A DNA stretch of 64,000 bases from Gammaproteobacteria bacterium (GCA_965243205.1 CBDEUK010000002.1:1664001-1728000); one strand, 5' to 3'. Positions 1-9,469 are shown, counted from the first letter of the stretch. A program made the numbers and translations. The notes: a model not told the origin generated them from the sequence alone.

Positions 1-251
1 GCGGGTGGCGCAGTTGACGAACCTGCGGCTTGAATTTGTACATTTACATTTGGATATAAACGTTTGAATTCTTCTGCCCATAGAGTCATTAAGTTCGCTA
101 AGGTATCAGAACCAACACTGATAATACTGCCAGAAACACCGCTGGCTTTTTCATAGTCGGCCAAACCTGGATCGACTTTATCATCAGCGAAGGCCGAACC
201 ACTCATCATAGTGAAAGCTGCCAAACTTAATGTAAGCAGTTGTTTTTTCAT
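1..251 (-). CDS. pstS: Phosphate ABC transporter substrate-binding protein, 5' part (runs off the window edge)
   Basis: Manual translation from ATG at 251: [83 protein letters not shown]. Signal peptide, PstS motifs GSDT and GSSTAPP, downstream of phoBR. Confidence 0.93.
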   Translation of the reverse strand, partial: MKKQLLTLSLAAFTMMSGSAFADDKVDPGLADYEKASGVSGSIISVGSDTLANLMTLWAEEFKRLYPNVNVQIQAAGSSTAPP

Positions 252-320
252 AAAAATCTCCAAATAAAATAATTGTTTGTTGTGTGATTATATATTTGAC
301 AGCGACTATCGCTGTATTGC

Positions 321-360
321 ATGACAAAAAGATTACCGTAATATGAAAGTTATATTACGG
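321..360 (-). promoter_or_regulatory. Pho box array (4 units) upstream of pstS
   Basis: Minus strand reads CCGTAAT-ataa-CTTTCAT-atta-CGGTAAT-cttt-TTGTCAT, an exact 11-bp period resembling the CTGTCAT consensus. A -10-like GATAGT lies 10 nt downstream. Confidence 0.85.
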
Positions 361-375
361 TTGTTAAAGTAGTTT

Positions 376-1695
376 CTAGGCTGTAATCCCTATGTCTTGA
401 CTATCACGTATTACAATCATGTGTTTTGGAAAATCACAGCGAAAAGTACTGCCCTCACCATGAACACTTTCTACATGTAGTGTTGCATCATGTCTCGCCA
501 TGATATGTTTTACGATAGCTAATCCCAAACCAGTACCACCCTTTTCTCTGGAACGTCCTTTATCGACGCGATAAAAACGCTCAGTTATTCGACCAATGTG
601 TTCTTCTGGAATCCCTTCACCAGTATCAGATACTTGCAAATGCGCTCCGTTATCCGACTTATACCATCGAATACGAATGATCCCTCGTTCAGGTGTATAT
701 TGAACAGCATTAAATACTAAGTTGGAAAACGCACTGTATATTTCTCCTTGATTACCTAATAAAAGTAACTCTGGATCTGATTCCATATAAAAAATATGGT
801 TTTGTAACCCACTGATGGTCTCAGCTTCTTTGTAGATTGAAGAGAGTAACTCAGCGACATGTACTGTTTCTTGATTATTAGGGACTTCAGACGATTCTAG
901 AGAAGAAAGCTTGAGAAGATCTTCTATCAGAGTTTGCATACGGCCTGTCTGAGAACGCATTTGCTGGATAATTGGAATCCAGCTTTCAGGGCATTCATCA
1001 TTATCGTCTTGAAATGCCTCAAGATAGCCTGCAATAACCGTCAATGGACTACGTAACTCATGTGATGCATTGGCAATAAAATCTCGCCGCATTTCATTCG
1101 CATTGTAAACACGACTAACATCGCGTGCGATCAATAAATATTGTGTCTCGCTAAACGGAACAATACGAAACTCTAAACGTAACTGCTCATTATGCGGTAA
1201 AAATAATTCCAAACTGTTTTCAAGCTGATTATCAGTCAAAGCTTTGAGGAACTCATTCAATTCAGGATGGCGCAATAAATTGGATATGCGTTGATTCATA
1301 TCTTGTGGCCAGTAAATATTCAAATATGATCCTGCTTTTCGATTAGCTCCAAGGATTTTACCTTGCTGATCTAACACCACTATGGCATCGGGAAGTGCAT
1401 TGGTAGCTTGTTGAAACTGTTTTAAATAGCCAGAAAGTTTTTCATCTCTATATTTGTAATGAGATTCTAAGGAATCGAATTTGGTAATAATTTCATCAAT
1501 ATAACCACCTTCAACAAATGGAGGGTTATCAGTTTTTTTATCGAGCCAGTCGATTAGGCTTTGTAATTTGATGAAATGAAAGACGACAAATGCCGACATG
1601 CCTATAAGAAAGCACAAAGCATAACTGCCTGAGAGATAGCCGGCAGACAAACTCAAAATGGCGAGTAACACAATTCGCCAAGAATATTGGCTCAT
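376..1695 (-). CDS. phoR: Phosphate regulon sensor histidine kinase
   Basis: N-terminal TM, PAS, HisKA (ANASHELRSPL), HATPase (FYRVDKGRSREKGGTGLGL). Located between phoB and pstS. Confidence 0.95.
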   Translation of the reverse strand: MSQYSWRIVLLAILSLSAGYLSGSYALCFLIGMSAFVVFHFIKLQSLIDWLDKKTDNPPFVEGGYIDEIITKFDSLESHYKYRDEKLSGYLKQFQQATNALPDAIVVLDQQGKILGANRKAGSYLNIYWPQDMNQRISNLLRHPELNEFLKALTDNQLENSLELFLPHNEQLRLEFRIVPFSETQYLLIARDVSRVYNANEMRRDFIANASHELRSPLTVIAGYLEAFQDDNDECPESWIPIIQQMRSQTGRMQTLIEDLLKLSSLESSEVPNNQETVHVAELLSSIYKEAETISGLQNHIFYMESDPELLLLGNQGEIYSAFSNLVFNAVQYTPERGIIRIRWYKSDNGAHLQVSDTGEGIPEEHIGRITERFYRVDKGRSREKGGTGLGLAIVKHIMARHDATLHVESVHGEGSTFRCDFPKHMIVIRDSQDIGITA

Positions 1696-1708
1696 TTCGA
1701 TAAAAAGT

Positions 1709-2458
1709 CTAGTCTACAGTTGAAAAACGATATCCAACGCTGCGTACTGTTTGGATAAACTTATCGAAATTATACGGCTCCAGAGTTTTTCGTAAACGAC
1801 GAATATGCACATCAACGGTACGTTCCTCAACATACACGTTTTGACCCCATACTTGATCCAGCAATTGAGATCTGGTGTAGACACGCTCAGGATGAGCAAT
1901 GAAGAAATGTAATAAGCGAAATTCGGTCGGACTAATATCAATACTATTACCGTTAGCCAGGACACGGTAAGTTTCAGGATCCAGAGTCAAACCCTTAACA
2001 CCTATCAAGCCCTTTCCATCGCCTTTTTTGCTACGACGGATAATAGCTTTGATTCGAGCAATTAATTCACGGGTAGAAAACGGCTTGGTGATGTAGTCAT
2101 CTGCACCAACATCCAAACCTTGGATCTTGTCTGATTCACCGGCTTTTGCCGTCAACATGACAATAGGAATATCCCGAGTATCAGGATTGTTTCTTAACCT
2201 ACGTAAATAATCTAAACCTGAAGTACCTGGAAGCATCCAATCTAACAAAATAAGATCAGGCAACTCTTGGGTATCAATAAATCGTTGCGCCTCTTCTACA
2301 CTCACCGCTTCGTTAAACTGATAACCCTCTTTCATCAGAGTATAGCCAAGCATTTCGCGAATGCCGTCTTCATCCTCAATGATCAGAATACGTCCTTTCA
2401 TTGGAGTAAGAAGGTGTGTGTCTGTGTTGTTGATATTTTCAAGTTGTGGCTCATTCAT
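1709..2458 (-). CDS. phoB: Phosphate regulon response regulator (alternative start at 2401)
   Basis: REC domain (LLDWMLPG) and OmpR wHTH with the PhoB-typical VWGQNVYVEERTVDVHIRRLRK. Confidence 0.96.
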   Translation of the reverse strand: MNEPQLENINNTDTHLLTPMKGRILIIEDEDGIREMLGYTLMKEGYQFNEAVSVEEAQRFIDTQELPDLILLDWMLPGTSGLDYLRRLRNNPDTRDIPIVMLTAKAGESDKIQGLDVGADDYITKPFSTRELIARIKAIIRRSKKGDGKGLIGVKGLTLDPETYRVLANGNSIDISPTEFRLLHFFIAHPERVYTRSQLLDQVWGQNVYVEERTVDVHIRRLRKTLEPYNFDKFIQTVRSVGYRFSTVD

Positions 2459-2482
2459 GGAATAACATTACAACCTCAGGAT

Positions 2483-2500
2483 ATTACAGAGGTATTACAA
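2483..2500 (-). promoter_or_regulatory. Pho box upstream of phoB (autoregulation)
   Basis: TTGTAAT-acct-CTGTAAT, followed 10 nt later by a -10-like TGTAAT (2467-2472). Confidence 0.75.
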
Positions 2501-2580
2501 ATTCAAAAACAAAGTTTTAAATTCAACTTAGAACATTAAATCACTATCAAAAGTTATACCATCGAACGAAATAGTTCTAA

Positions 2581-2608
2581 AAAAGCCAGGCTTAAAATAA
2601 GCCTGGCT
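2581..2608 (-). terminator. Intrinsic terminator after the porin gene
   Basis: Inverted repeat AGCCAGGCTT/AAGCCTGGCT followed by a U-run on the minus strand. Confidence 0.8.
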
Positions 2609-2621
2609 AGATTACTTTCAC

Positions 2622-4127
2622 TTAGAAGGATACATCCCACTGCACTCGGAATCGGTTATCGCTAAGGTCACGATTTACTAAACCATCTTCCAAAGTTAAA
2701 TAAGAAAAGTCCGCAGTAAGCTTGTTGTTATGCCCTGCAAAAAACCAGTTTGCACCGAGAGTGAACTCCTCTCGCTCATTGTCTCGAGAAATATCTGTGC
2801 CATTCGGTTCTTCAACAAAAGCGTAACGAGCCGCAAATTCGAGCTCTTTAGGTATAGCAGGAATCAAATGATGGAAAAAATAACCTGATTGTACATACGC
2901 GCCGGTTAAATCACTTGAAGTATTATTGACGGTGTCATCAATTGTTTTCCAATGGTATTCCTCTTGGAACGAGAAACCTTTCCATTTGAAAGCAAAACCT
3001 TGTGTGTATTGCTCAATTTCATACTGACCGTCAGCGGCAGTACTTGGACTAGCAAATCCATCTAAATTACCACAACCACTGGATGACCAACGAGTACAAC
3101 GGCCTTTGTTAGATGCTGCTGCAAATGAAAGACTGCCTGTTGGTTTTTCTGTGAACTCTACGTCCGTTTGACGCCACTTTAGATCACGACCAAGGAAGTT
3201 CCATTGCAGACGACCCATGTACAATAAGTCACCATCATCGTTACGAACACCGCGACCTTCACCGGTAAAAATACCGGCCCAATAACGTAAATCTGCTGGG
3301 GTATCTTTAAATAAACGACCGCGTACTTGGGCACCCACTTGACGATCAATTGTAAATATTCGATTCACAATGGAACGTTCAACAAACTGTTGGCGACCTG
3401 AAGAATCCACACGTTCACGGTTGTAATCAATTTTCCATTGACCAACACGCAAACCCAGCGCTTCGTATTTATCCAAAGTTATACGCCAATCAATTACTCT
3501 GGCACTCGAACTAGAACTACTGCTACTGCTGCTTCGAGTTGGCTGAAGGTCAACTTCGAAATAATATCCAATCCAAGGTCTAAACCCATGTCCGCCAATT
3601 TTCATGCGTAATCGACGTGCTTCAAATGTATTCTCAGTATCTGATTCGAAATCGCCGATATCACGAGGGTCACTTCTGGTTGGAGATGTGAAACGTAATT
3701 GGGCACGCCATTGCAGGTTTGTTTGCCAGTTCCCGTCACGGGATTCAAGGCGGAAACCCTTTTTGCCATGACTCACTTTTACAGGAAACTCATCCTCTAC
3801 CTTTTTAGCAACTTTATCTTCAGTTGATTTTTCAACCTTAGCTTCAATTGTTTTATCGAGCTTTTCATCGATAGCCTTATTAACTTTACGTTCAACAATT
3901 TCTTCAACTTGAGCATCAGAAGCAGCCGGACTCTCGAAATCTTTGCTAGATAGACTTGGTTTCTGTATTAATTCGTCATATTGTTCTTGGGTGATGGCAC
4001 CATTGCCCAATAGAATATCAAGAAGCGCTTTATCTGCTGAATATACGATTGTAGTTGCTAGCATAAGCACAAAAATCGCACATCCTCGATAAAAATCAGT
4101 ATGAGAGCGAAATAAATTCATAAGCAA
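2622..4127 (-). CDS. Phosphate-selective porin, OprO/OprP family
   Basis: Signal peptide, FEARRLR strand, GQWK and FVERS motifs, C-terminal aromatic QWDVSF. Pho box upstream and adjacent to phoBR. Confidence 0.85.
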   Translation of the reverse strand: MLMNLFRSHTDFYRGCAIFVLMLATTIVYSADKALLDILLGNGAITQEQYDELIQKPSLSSKDFESPAASDAQVEEIVERKVNKAIDEKLDKTIEAKVEKSTEDKVAKKVEDEFPVKVSHGKKGFRLESRDGNWQTNLQWRAQLRFTSPTRSDPRDIGDFESDTENTFEARRLRMKIGGHGFRPWIGYYFEVDLQPTRSSSSSSSSSSARVIDWRITLDKYEALGLRVGQWKIDYNRERVDSSGRQQFVERSIVNRIFTIDRQVGAQVRGRLFKDTPADLRYWAGIFTGEGRGVRNDDGDLLYMGRLQWNFLGRDLKWRQTDVEFTEKPTGSLSFAAASNKGRCTRWSSSGCGNLDGFASPSTAADGQYEIEQYTQGFAFKWKGFSFQEEYHWKTIDDTVNNTSSDLTGAYVQSGYFFHHLIPAIPKELEFAARYAFVEEPNGTDISRDNEREEFTLGANWFFAGHNNKLTADFSYLTLEDGLVNRDLSDNRFRVQWDVSF

Positions 4128-4235
4128 AACCCTATAATTTTTATATGTTGGAATATTTATTTATAAAGAGGATTTCCAATTCCTAAATGATGATTAATCT
4201 AGTGAATTGAAGGTGCAGCATTGTCATTAGTATGT

Positions 4236-4275
4236 ATGACGATTACATTTCATTTGTATTACAGTTTTATGACAA
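4236..4275 (-). promoter_or_regulatory. Pho box array (4 units) upstream of the porin
   Basis: TTGTCAT-aaaa-CTGTAAT-acaa-ATGAAAT-gtaa-TCGTCAT with an 11-bp period. A -10-like GACAAT lies 10 nt downstream. Confidence 0.88.
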
Positions 4276-4313
4276 TGTATCTTGTGATTAGTAACCTGAA
4301 CTGTCTTTCAAAT

Positions 4314-4342
4314 AAAAAACCCCGCAGAAAGCGGGGTTTTTT
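4314..4342. terminator. Bidirectional intrinsic terminator ending the globin/cytochrome operon
   Basis: AAAAAACCCCGC-agaaa-GCGGGGTTTTTT. Confidence 0.88.
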
Positions 4343-4365
4343 ATGTTTATGATGTGGGAAAGTAA

Positions 4366-4773
4366 TTAACTATTGGCAGCTTCTTTCATCACTGTTGCTA
4401 ATGTTACGTAAGTGTCAGTCCAAGCACCTTTCACGTCATCTGTGAAAGCGTCACCTAAACCGGCACCTAGTGTCCAAAGTAAAGCTTCAGCAACCGTATC
4501 GTAGTGCTCGTCCTTCACGCCATAATCAACATGCCGTTTTCCCAAATCTTGAACGGCAGGAACAATGGTATCTAACTTATCCAAACTATTGACTGCAGTT
4601 CCGATCATTTTCATTAATTTCTTACCTTGTTCAACCATGTCACCATTGAATAAGGATTTTAATTCAGGATCGAGCTCAAATAATTTACCGTAAAATAATT
4701 CTGCTGCTTTATCGGAAATAGGCACAACCTGTGCCCAGGTATCTTTTACTAACGTGACTTGTTCTGGTGTCAT
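4366..4773 (-). CDS. Single-domain globin (flavohemoglobin-type globin domain)
   Basis: FYGKLFELDP, QGKKLM and LGKRHVDYGVKDEHY (proximal His). No reductase domain, no signal peptide. Confidence 0.92.
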   Translation of the reverse strand: MTPEQVTLVKDTWAQVVPISDKAAELFYGKLFELDPELKSLFNGDMVEQGKKLMKMIGTAVNSLDKLDTIVPAVQDLGKRHVDYGVKDEHYDTVAEALLWTLGAGLGDAFTDDVKGAWTDTYVTLATVMKEAANS

Positions 4774-4776
4774 TTG

Positions 4777-5154
4777 TTATTCCTCAGTTTTGTAACTCTT
4801 AGCCAACTCAACCATATAATCGACCGCGGCCTTAATTTCTTGATCTGTTAAATGTGGATTACCACCTCGTTCTGGCATCATTGCGTCATCTGGTCCAAAA
4901 AAACCTTCGATAGCATGTTGATATAAAACCTCTTTACCTTTTGCTATACGAAAACCCCATTGCTCGTAATCCAATGGGATTGGCGCATCGGCGACGCCCC
5001 AACCATGGCAACCCTCACAGGTTCCTAACCAGATTTCTTTTCCTTTTTGTAAATGTGGATCATCAAAATCACGATAACGGTCAGCATCTGCATGAACACT
5101 GACCGTGCTTAAGGAAAATGATGAAATCAAAATAAACGCTCTTAAGCCGAGCAT
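4777..5154 (-). CDS. Cytochrome c5-family monoheme cytochrome c
   Basis: Signal peptide, CEGCH, and MMPERGG...AAVDYM c5 motif. Confidence 0.9.
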   Translation of the reverse strand: MLGLRAFILISSFSLSTVSVHADADRYRDFDDPHLQKGKEIWLGTCEGCHGWGVADAPIPLDYEQWGFRIAKGKEVLYQHAIEGFFGPDDAMMPERGGNPHLTDQEIKAAVDYMVELAKSYKTEE

Positions 5155-5160
5155 GTTTAT

Positions 5161-5745
5161 TTACCCTTCGATTGGGATACGAATCACAACACCACCCATC
5201 ACATCACCCAGTTTGAAATCAGTCTTAGGTGTGTCTTTGTGTTCGTTGTGGCAACTCACGCAAACAGGCGCAACCGCAGGATCAGGATAAACAGCGGTAA
5301 AGTAGTTCACGCCACCTAACTCTTCAGTGGTGTAATAGTTTTCACCTTTGTTATCAAAAATGTACTGAAGACCTGTTTTTTCAGCATCGGTTTTTGGTGC
5401 GTTTTGTTTATTGATTGGCCATAGTGATTGCAAAGAATAACTGAAGGCATCGGTTTTCTTAGCCACTGACTCTGAACCAAAACGAAACATTTGTGCAGGT
5501 AATACTAATGCTTTGTCATCTTCAAAATGTTCACTGGCTTTGATGACTTTTTCTTTTTTCACCAAGCGGTTTACGATCTTTTTCGTATAAACTGCACGGT
5601 CTGTAGACATAACTAAATGTAACCAGTCCGCCATTTGCTTTGGGGTAAACATTGCAGTATCAGCAACCTCTGAAGAAACCGACACAGGCAAACTAACTGC
5701 TGCAGCGATAACGGAAGTTGCAATAAGTTTTTTAAATTTACTCAT
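5161..5745 (-). CDS. Periplasmic DUF3365/Tll0287-like c-type heme protein
   Basis: Signal peptide, PINKQNAP, single CVSCH near the C-terminus, then FKLGDVMGGVVIRIP. Confidence 0.8.
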   Translation of the reverse strand: MSKFKKLIATSVIAAAVSLPVSVSSEVADTAMFTPKQMADWLHLVMSTDRAVYTKKIVNRLVKKEKVIKASEHFEDDKALVLPAQMFRFGSESVAKKTDAFSYSLQSLWPINKQNAPKTDAEKTGLQYIFDNKGENYYTTEELGGVNYFTAVYPDPAVAPVCVSCHNEHKDTPKTDFKLGDVMGGVVIRIPIEG

Positions 5746-5778
5746 CTTTTCTTCTCCTGGGTTTAAAAAATTAATAGA

Positions 5779-7290
5779 TCATTCAGTTTCATTTTCTGCA
5801 TCAACTGAATCTGAATCTTGTTCTTGTTGCTCACGAAGTTTCTCTTGCTCGCGCAACTTACGACGTTTCTCTTCTGCTTCTATGGCACGTACCTCAGCCA
5901 TCTCAATACTTTTTATGTGCACAGAAGGTTTGCCATGAAAATTGTTTTTAATTAATTCTGGATCGGCTAAAGAATCCGTACTAAAACCAAGACCATGACA
6001 ATTCATACAAACTGGTCTTTGCATTTTTTCATTCGGTTTTAATGTCATGTTTTGATTGTGTTCGACTAAGCCCATATAGAACTCGCCATCAAAAAATTCT
6101 TTTTCAATACGCGGCATATGACAGGTAGCACAAGTAACGCCTGTTCCTTCTTTAGCTTCACCCGATAATTCTTTTTTCCACAAATCATGATGAGGAGAAT
6201 CGATATAGGCCAAGCTATGTTCATCTTTATGACAACTTAAACATGCTTCGACCTTGGCTTTTTTGATATCAAACTTATGAGCTGAATGACAGCTATTACA
6301 GGATAGATTTTTATCATGCGCTTCTTTTTTCATCGGCAAGCGCGCTAAGGAAGGTGACATTGGGTCCAAATCAAATTTAAGATTATCTTTGTCCAAACGC
6401 ATTCCATGTTTGCCTCCTAAAAAGCCTTTTACTTCTTCAGAATGACAAGTCGTGCATTGTTCTTGAGTCGGTTTATCGATCCAAACCAGTTTCTTATCTT
6501 CTTTTTCTTTTCCAACTTCTTTTTGATGACAAGCGGTACAATTCACGCCCGCATTGGCATGCGCCGTTTGAAACCATTCATCGATAATATGTGTATCGTT
6601 TGCTTTATCTTTAGGCGCATCTAATGCAGTTCTTTCTAACTTTTCTAAAGGATATTGATCAATCGGATAACCTGGAAAGATAGGTGCTATTTCAAGGAAA
6701 TTTAAATCAGGAAACGAATCAAGTTTTTCTAAAATATCGGCTTCACCAACATGCTTGGCAAGGAAGTCTTCGTATAAAGCTTGGTTATCATGATAATTAT
6801 GACAGCCGGCTGAAGCACAAGTATCAAAGGCCATACCTTCATGACTCGGCCGTTCTTCAGCGATATCCTCATGACATTTAAAACAATAATCGATAGGTAA
6901 TGTAAGCCCCATGTCATGAGTAATTTCAGGTCGATGTTCTACATGACAAGTCACACAATAACGTGCATCTAATTTCGCTAAACGATCTGCGTTACGTGGA
7001 TCTGTAAATTTACTTTTAGGGTGTTTGTCTCTGGCTTCTTTTAAGGCATTACCATGACACTTTACACAAGAATCTTGTAATGCTTCTTTCATCACCTTGG
7101 CATCTTCAAACACTTCGGTATGACAAGCATTACAGGCGAGTTCTATTTGATAATGACCATGACTGGTCTTACCTGGTAAGAACAACGTTTTATCTGCAGT
7201 TTCAGTATTAAATTTCATTGCATAATGTGTTGCAAAAGCAATTGTCAAAACTATCCAAACAACCCATAAAATTGTGTTTCGTTTAAGCAT
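5779..7290 (-). CDS. Membrane-anchored multiheme cytochrome c (10 CXXCH plus 1 CX4CH)
   Basis: N-terminal TM. Motifs: CNACH, CVKCH, CVTCH, CFKCH, CASAGCH, CTACH, CTTCH, CNSCH, CLSCH, CATCH, CMNCH. Confidence 0.9.
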   Translation of the reverse strand: MLKRNTILWVVWIVLTIAFATHYAMKFNTETADKTLFLPGKTSHGHYQIELACNACHTEVFEDAKVMKEALQDSCVKCHGNALKEARDKHPKSKFTDPRNADRLAKLDARYCVTCHVEHRPEITHDMGLTLPIDYCFKCHEDIAEERPSHEGMAFDTCASAGCHNYHDNQALYEDFLAKHVGEADILEKLDSFPDLNFLEIAPIFPGYPIDQYPLEKLERTALDAPKDKANDTHIIDEWFQTAHANAGVNCTACHQKEVGKEKEDKKLVWIDKPTQEQCTTCHSEEVKGFLGGKHGMRLDKDNLKFDLDPMSPSLARLPMKKEAHDKNLSCNSCHSAHKFDIKKAKVEACLSCHKDEHSLAYIDSPHHDLWKKELSGEAKEGTGVTCATCHMPRIEKEFFDGEFYMGLVEHNQNMTLKPNEKMQRPVCMNCHGLGFSTDSLADPELIKNNFHGKPSVHIKSIEMAEVRAIEAEEKRRKLREQEKLREQQEQDSDSVDAENETE

Positions 7291-7320
7291 TGGTTTTTTC
7301 TTTTTTTCTGGTCTTAATGC

Positions 7321-9306
7321 CTAAAAGTAATACGTCTTAAATATGTGGAAACCCAGTAACACTGGTAATGGCCAAAACAATAAAATATGTAACCAAAGCC
7401 CAAGTGAACGAACTTGTTTCACTAAAGAAGCTTCTAAATTGTGTTCCATCGCGATCACACTAGCGACGATAGCGCCCACTAAAATTAATCCGGTGAAAGA
7501 CATCATCAACATAAAGTTCAAGTTTTCACCCAAACGGAAACCGGTATGAACAAGCAAAACAAAAATGGCTAGACCGCCAACGATGGCATGCAATAAACGC
7601 CAGACAGGAAAGTCGCCCCATTTAAACCATGTAAAGCGTTTACGTAAAGAAAGTAGTAAGACTAATACTGAGATACCTAATAAGGTAAAACCTGTTATCT
7701 GTTTATAAAGACTCGTGGTCCAAACAACATCGTATTGATAAATCTGTTGCACGGATGTGTTATAAGGAATTGCTGGAAATAAATAAGCGATCAATGCCAT
7801 GAGAATAAAGATGGCTGAACTTAAAAATAAAGTTCTATAAGCCTTAACGGGATCAAGTTTTACACCCCCAAGCAAATTAGCGAGCAAAGGCTTGCATGAA
7901 CCACAAGTTGTGCCTGCATTGGTTTTGTCGCAAAGCGAAACCATAGAATCACAACCAGACTTAATGGCAGAAGTTAACTGACCACGAGTGACTGAATTAC
8001 AAGAACAGATTGTTGCCTCAGTAGGCCATCGGCTGATGTCTTCTAAATCATCATCGCCCCACAATGAGCCAGTTTCTTGAAATTGATATAACGTCCACGG
8101 AAAAAATAATTTTCCTTTTTTTACTTGTTCGCGAAGTTTAATTAACTCAGGCCATTCACCAATTGCGATCACGCCAACTACCTGACCCCGATAAACATTT
8201 AACTTTCGATAAACAGTATCTTCTTGATAAACATAACTGGTATAAGACACAGCGCTATCACTCACGTCTCCCATACTAAAAACCGCTTGTCCTACAACCT
8301 TTAAACTAGTGGCGAGTACCGTTCCTTTATATTCAGTTGGAATGGAAAGGATATCTCTGGCTGCGATTGAAGCCTGTTCATAACCAGGAGCGACTATGCC
8401 GTAGACTTCGCCTTGATGTTCACAACATTCCCCAATCGCATAGATATCAGGATCGGATGTTTGCATCAGATCGTTGACTTTAATCCCTTTGCCATAAGCC
8501 AGCCCTGCTTCTTTAGCTAGATCAATATTCGGTCTTATGCCTGCTGATATGATTAAGGTATCGCAATCAAGGATTTCGCCAGAGCGCAAAACAATCGATT
8601 CGACTTTGGTTCCACCTTGAATTTCCTGGATACTATTTTGTAGGTACACATTTATGCCAAGTTTTTCGACTTCCTCTTGAAATAGCGCTGCGCCATCATC
8701 ATCCAGCTGACGAAACATCAAACGGTTGTTATGTTCAATAACCGTAACTTGCGTAGAAAAACGCTGCATAGCTCTGGCGGCTTCTAAACCAAGCAACCCA
8801 CCACCTAAAATAACGGTATTACGACTGAGGGTTCTTCTAGCGATTAAATGTTCTGTATCTTTTAAATCACGAAATTGATAAACACGCTTTAGATTAATGC
8901 CAGGTATGCTCTTAGGCACATAAGGACTCGAACCTGTTGCTAAAATTAGCTTTTCATATTCTTGAATATTTCCAAATTCATCGATAACGTTTTTATTTGC
9001 TCTGTCAATCTCGACAACCTTGCAGTTATAACGAGTAATAACAGGATCAAAATCGAGTACATCAGATGAGTAATAAATATCTTCTTGATTGATATCACCC
9101 GCAAGCAAAGAAGAAAGTTGAACTCGGTTATATGGCTGCCAAGGCTCATCGCCATAAATAACGATCGGATGATGCAGAGACTGTCTATGCAACTCCTCTA
9201 ATATCCGAATACCAACAGGCCCAGTCCCTACGACCACAATCGGTTTTTTGCCATTCAATAACACTTTTTCCGTAGTGCCATGAAAATTATCTACAGCGAC
9301 ATTCAC
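7321..9306 (-). CDS. NirB-like NAD(P)H/FAD oxidoreductase with BFD-type [2Fe-2S] and a C-terminal multi-TM domain
   Basis: VVGTGPVG, PYNRVQLS, ATGS, LGGGLLGLE, IYAIGEC, CSC...CGSC, then about 5 TM helices with paired His. No siroheme/[4Fe-4S] domain. Confidence 0.85.
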   Translation of the reverse strand: MNVAVDNFHGTTEKVLLNGKKPIVVVGTGPVGIRILEELHRQSLHHPIVIYGDEPWQPYNRVQLSSLLAGDINQEDIYYSSDVLDFDPVITRYNCKVVEIDRANKNVIDEFGNIQEYEKLILATGSSPYVPKSIPGINLKRVYQFRDLKDTEHLIARRTLSRNTVILGGGLLGLEAARAMQRFSTQVTVIEHNNRLMFRQLDDDGAALFQEEVEKLGINVYLQNSIQEIQGGTKVESIVLRSGEILDCDTLIISAGIRPNIDLAKEAGLAYGKGIKVNDLMQTSDPDIYAIGECCEHQGEVYGIVAPGYEQASIAARDILSIPTEYKGTVLATSLKVVGQAVFSMGDVSDSAVSYTSYVYQEDTVYRKLNVYRGQVVGVIAIGEWPELIKLREQVKKGKLFFPWTLYQFQETGSLWGDDDLEDISRWPTEATICSCNSVTRGQLTSAIKSGCDSMVSLCDKTNAGTTCGSCKPLLANLLGGVKLDPVKAYRTLFLSSAIFILMALIAYLFPAIPYNTSVQQIYQYDVVWTTSLYKQITGFTLLGISVLVLLLSLRKRFTWFKWGDFPVWRLLHAIVGGLAIFVLLVHTGFRLGENLNFMLMMSFTGLILVGAIVASVIAMEHNLEASLVKQVRSLGLWLHILLFWPLPVLLGFHIFKTYYF

Positions 9307-9339
9307 GTGATTTTAAGTTTCTTAATTTGTATTTTTTGC

Positions 9340-9396
9340 AAAAAAAAACGTCGTTACATAAATCAATTAACTGATTCTGCAAACGACGCCTTTGTC
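9340..9396 (-). promoter_or_regulatory. ANTAR (NasT/NasR-type) antitermination leader: hairpin overlapping an intrinsic terminator
   Basis: GAC-AAAGGC-GTC hairpin (hexaloop with A1 and G4). Its 3' arm begins the terminator stem CGTCGTT...AACGACG followed by a U-run, just upstream of the ATG at 9306. Confidence 0.75.
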
Positions 9397-9469
9397 GATA
9401 CCAATGAAGTTCAATATAACGAGTATTTGGTTACGATTGAAAACGCCCATCGGCTATATCTGGAATATG

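Noticed and set aside
3503-3535. Poly-Ser tract in the OprO/P porin as a phase-variable repeat
   Set aside because: It is encoded by mixed Ser codons, not a slippage-prone perfect repeat; probably a flexible loop.
7321-9306. Calling this gene nirB/nasB (assimilatory nitrite reductase)
   Set aside because: Only the FAD/NADH and one [2Fe-2S] domain are present. The siroheme/[4Fe-4S] catalytic domains are missing and replaced by TM helices.
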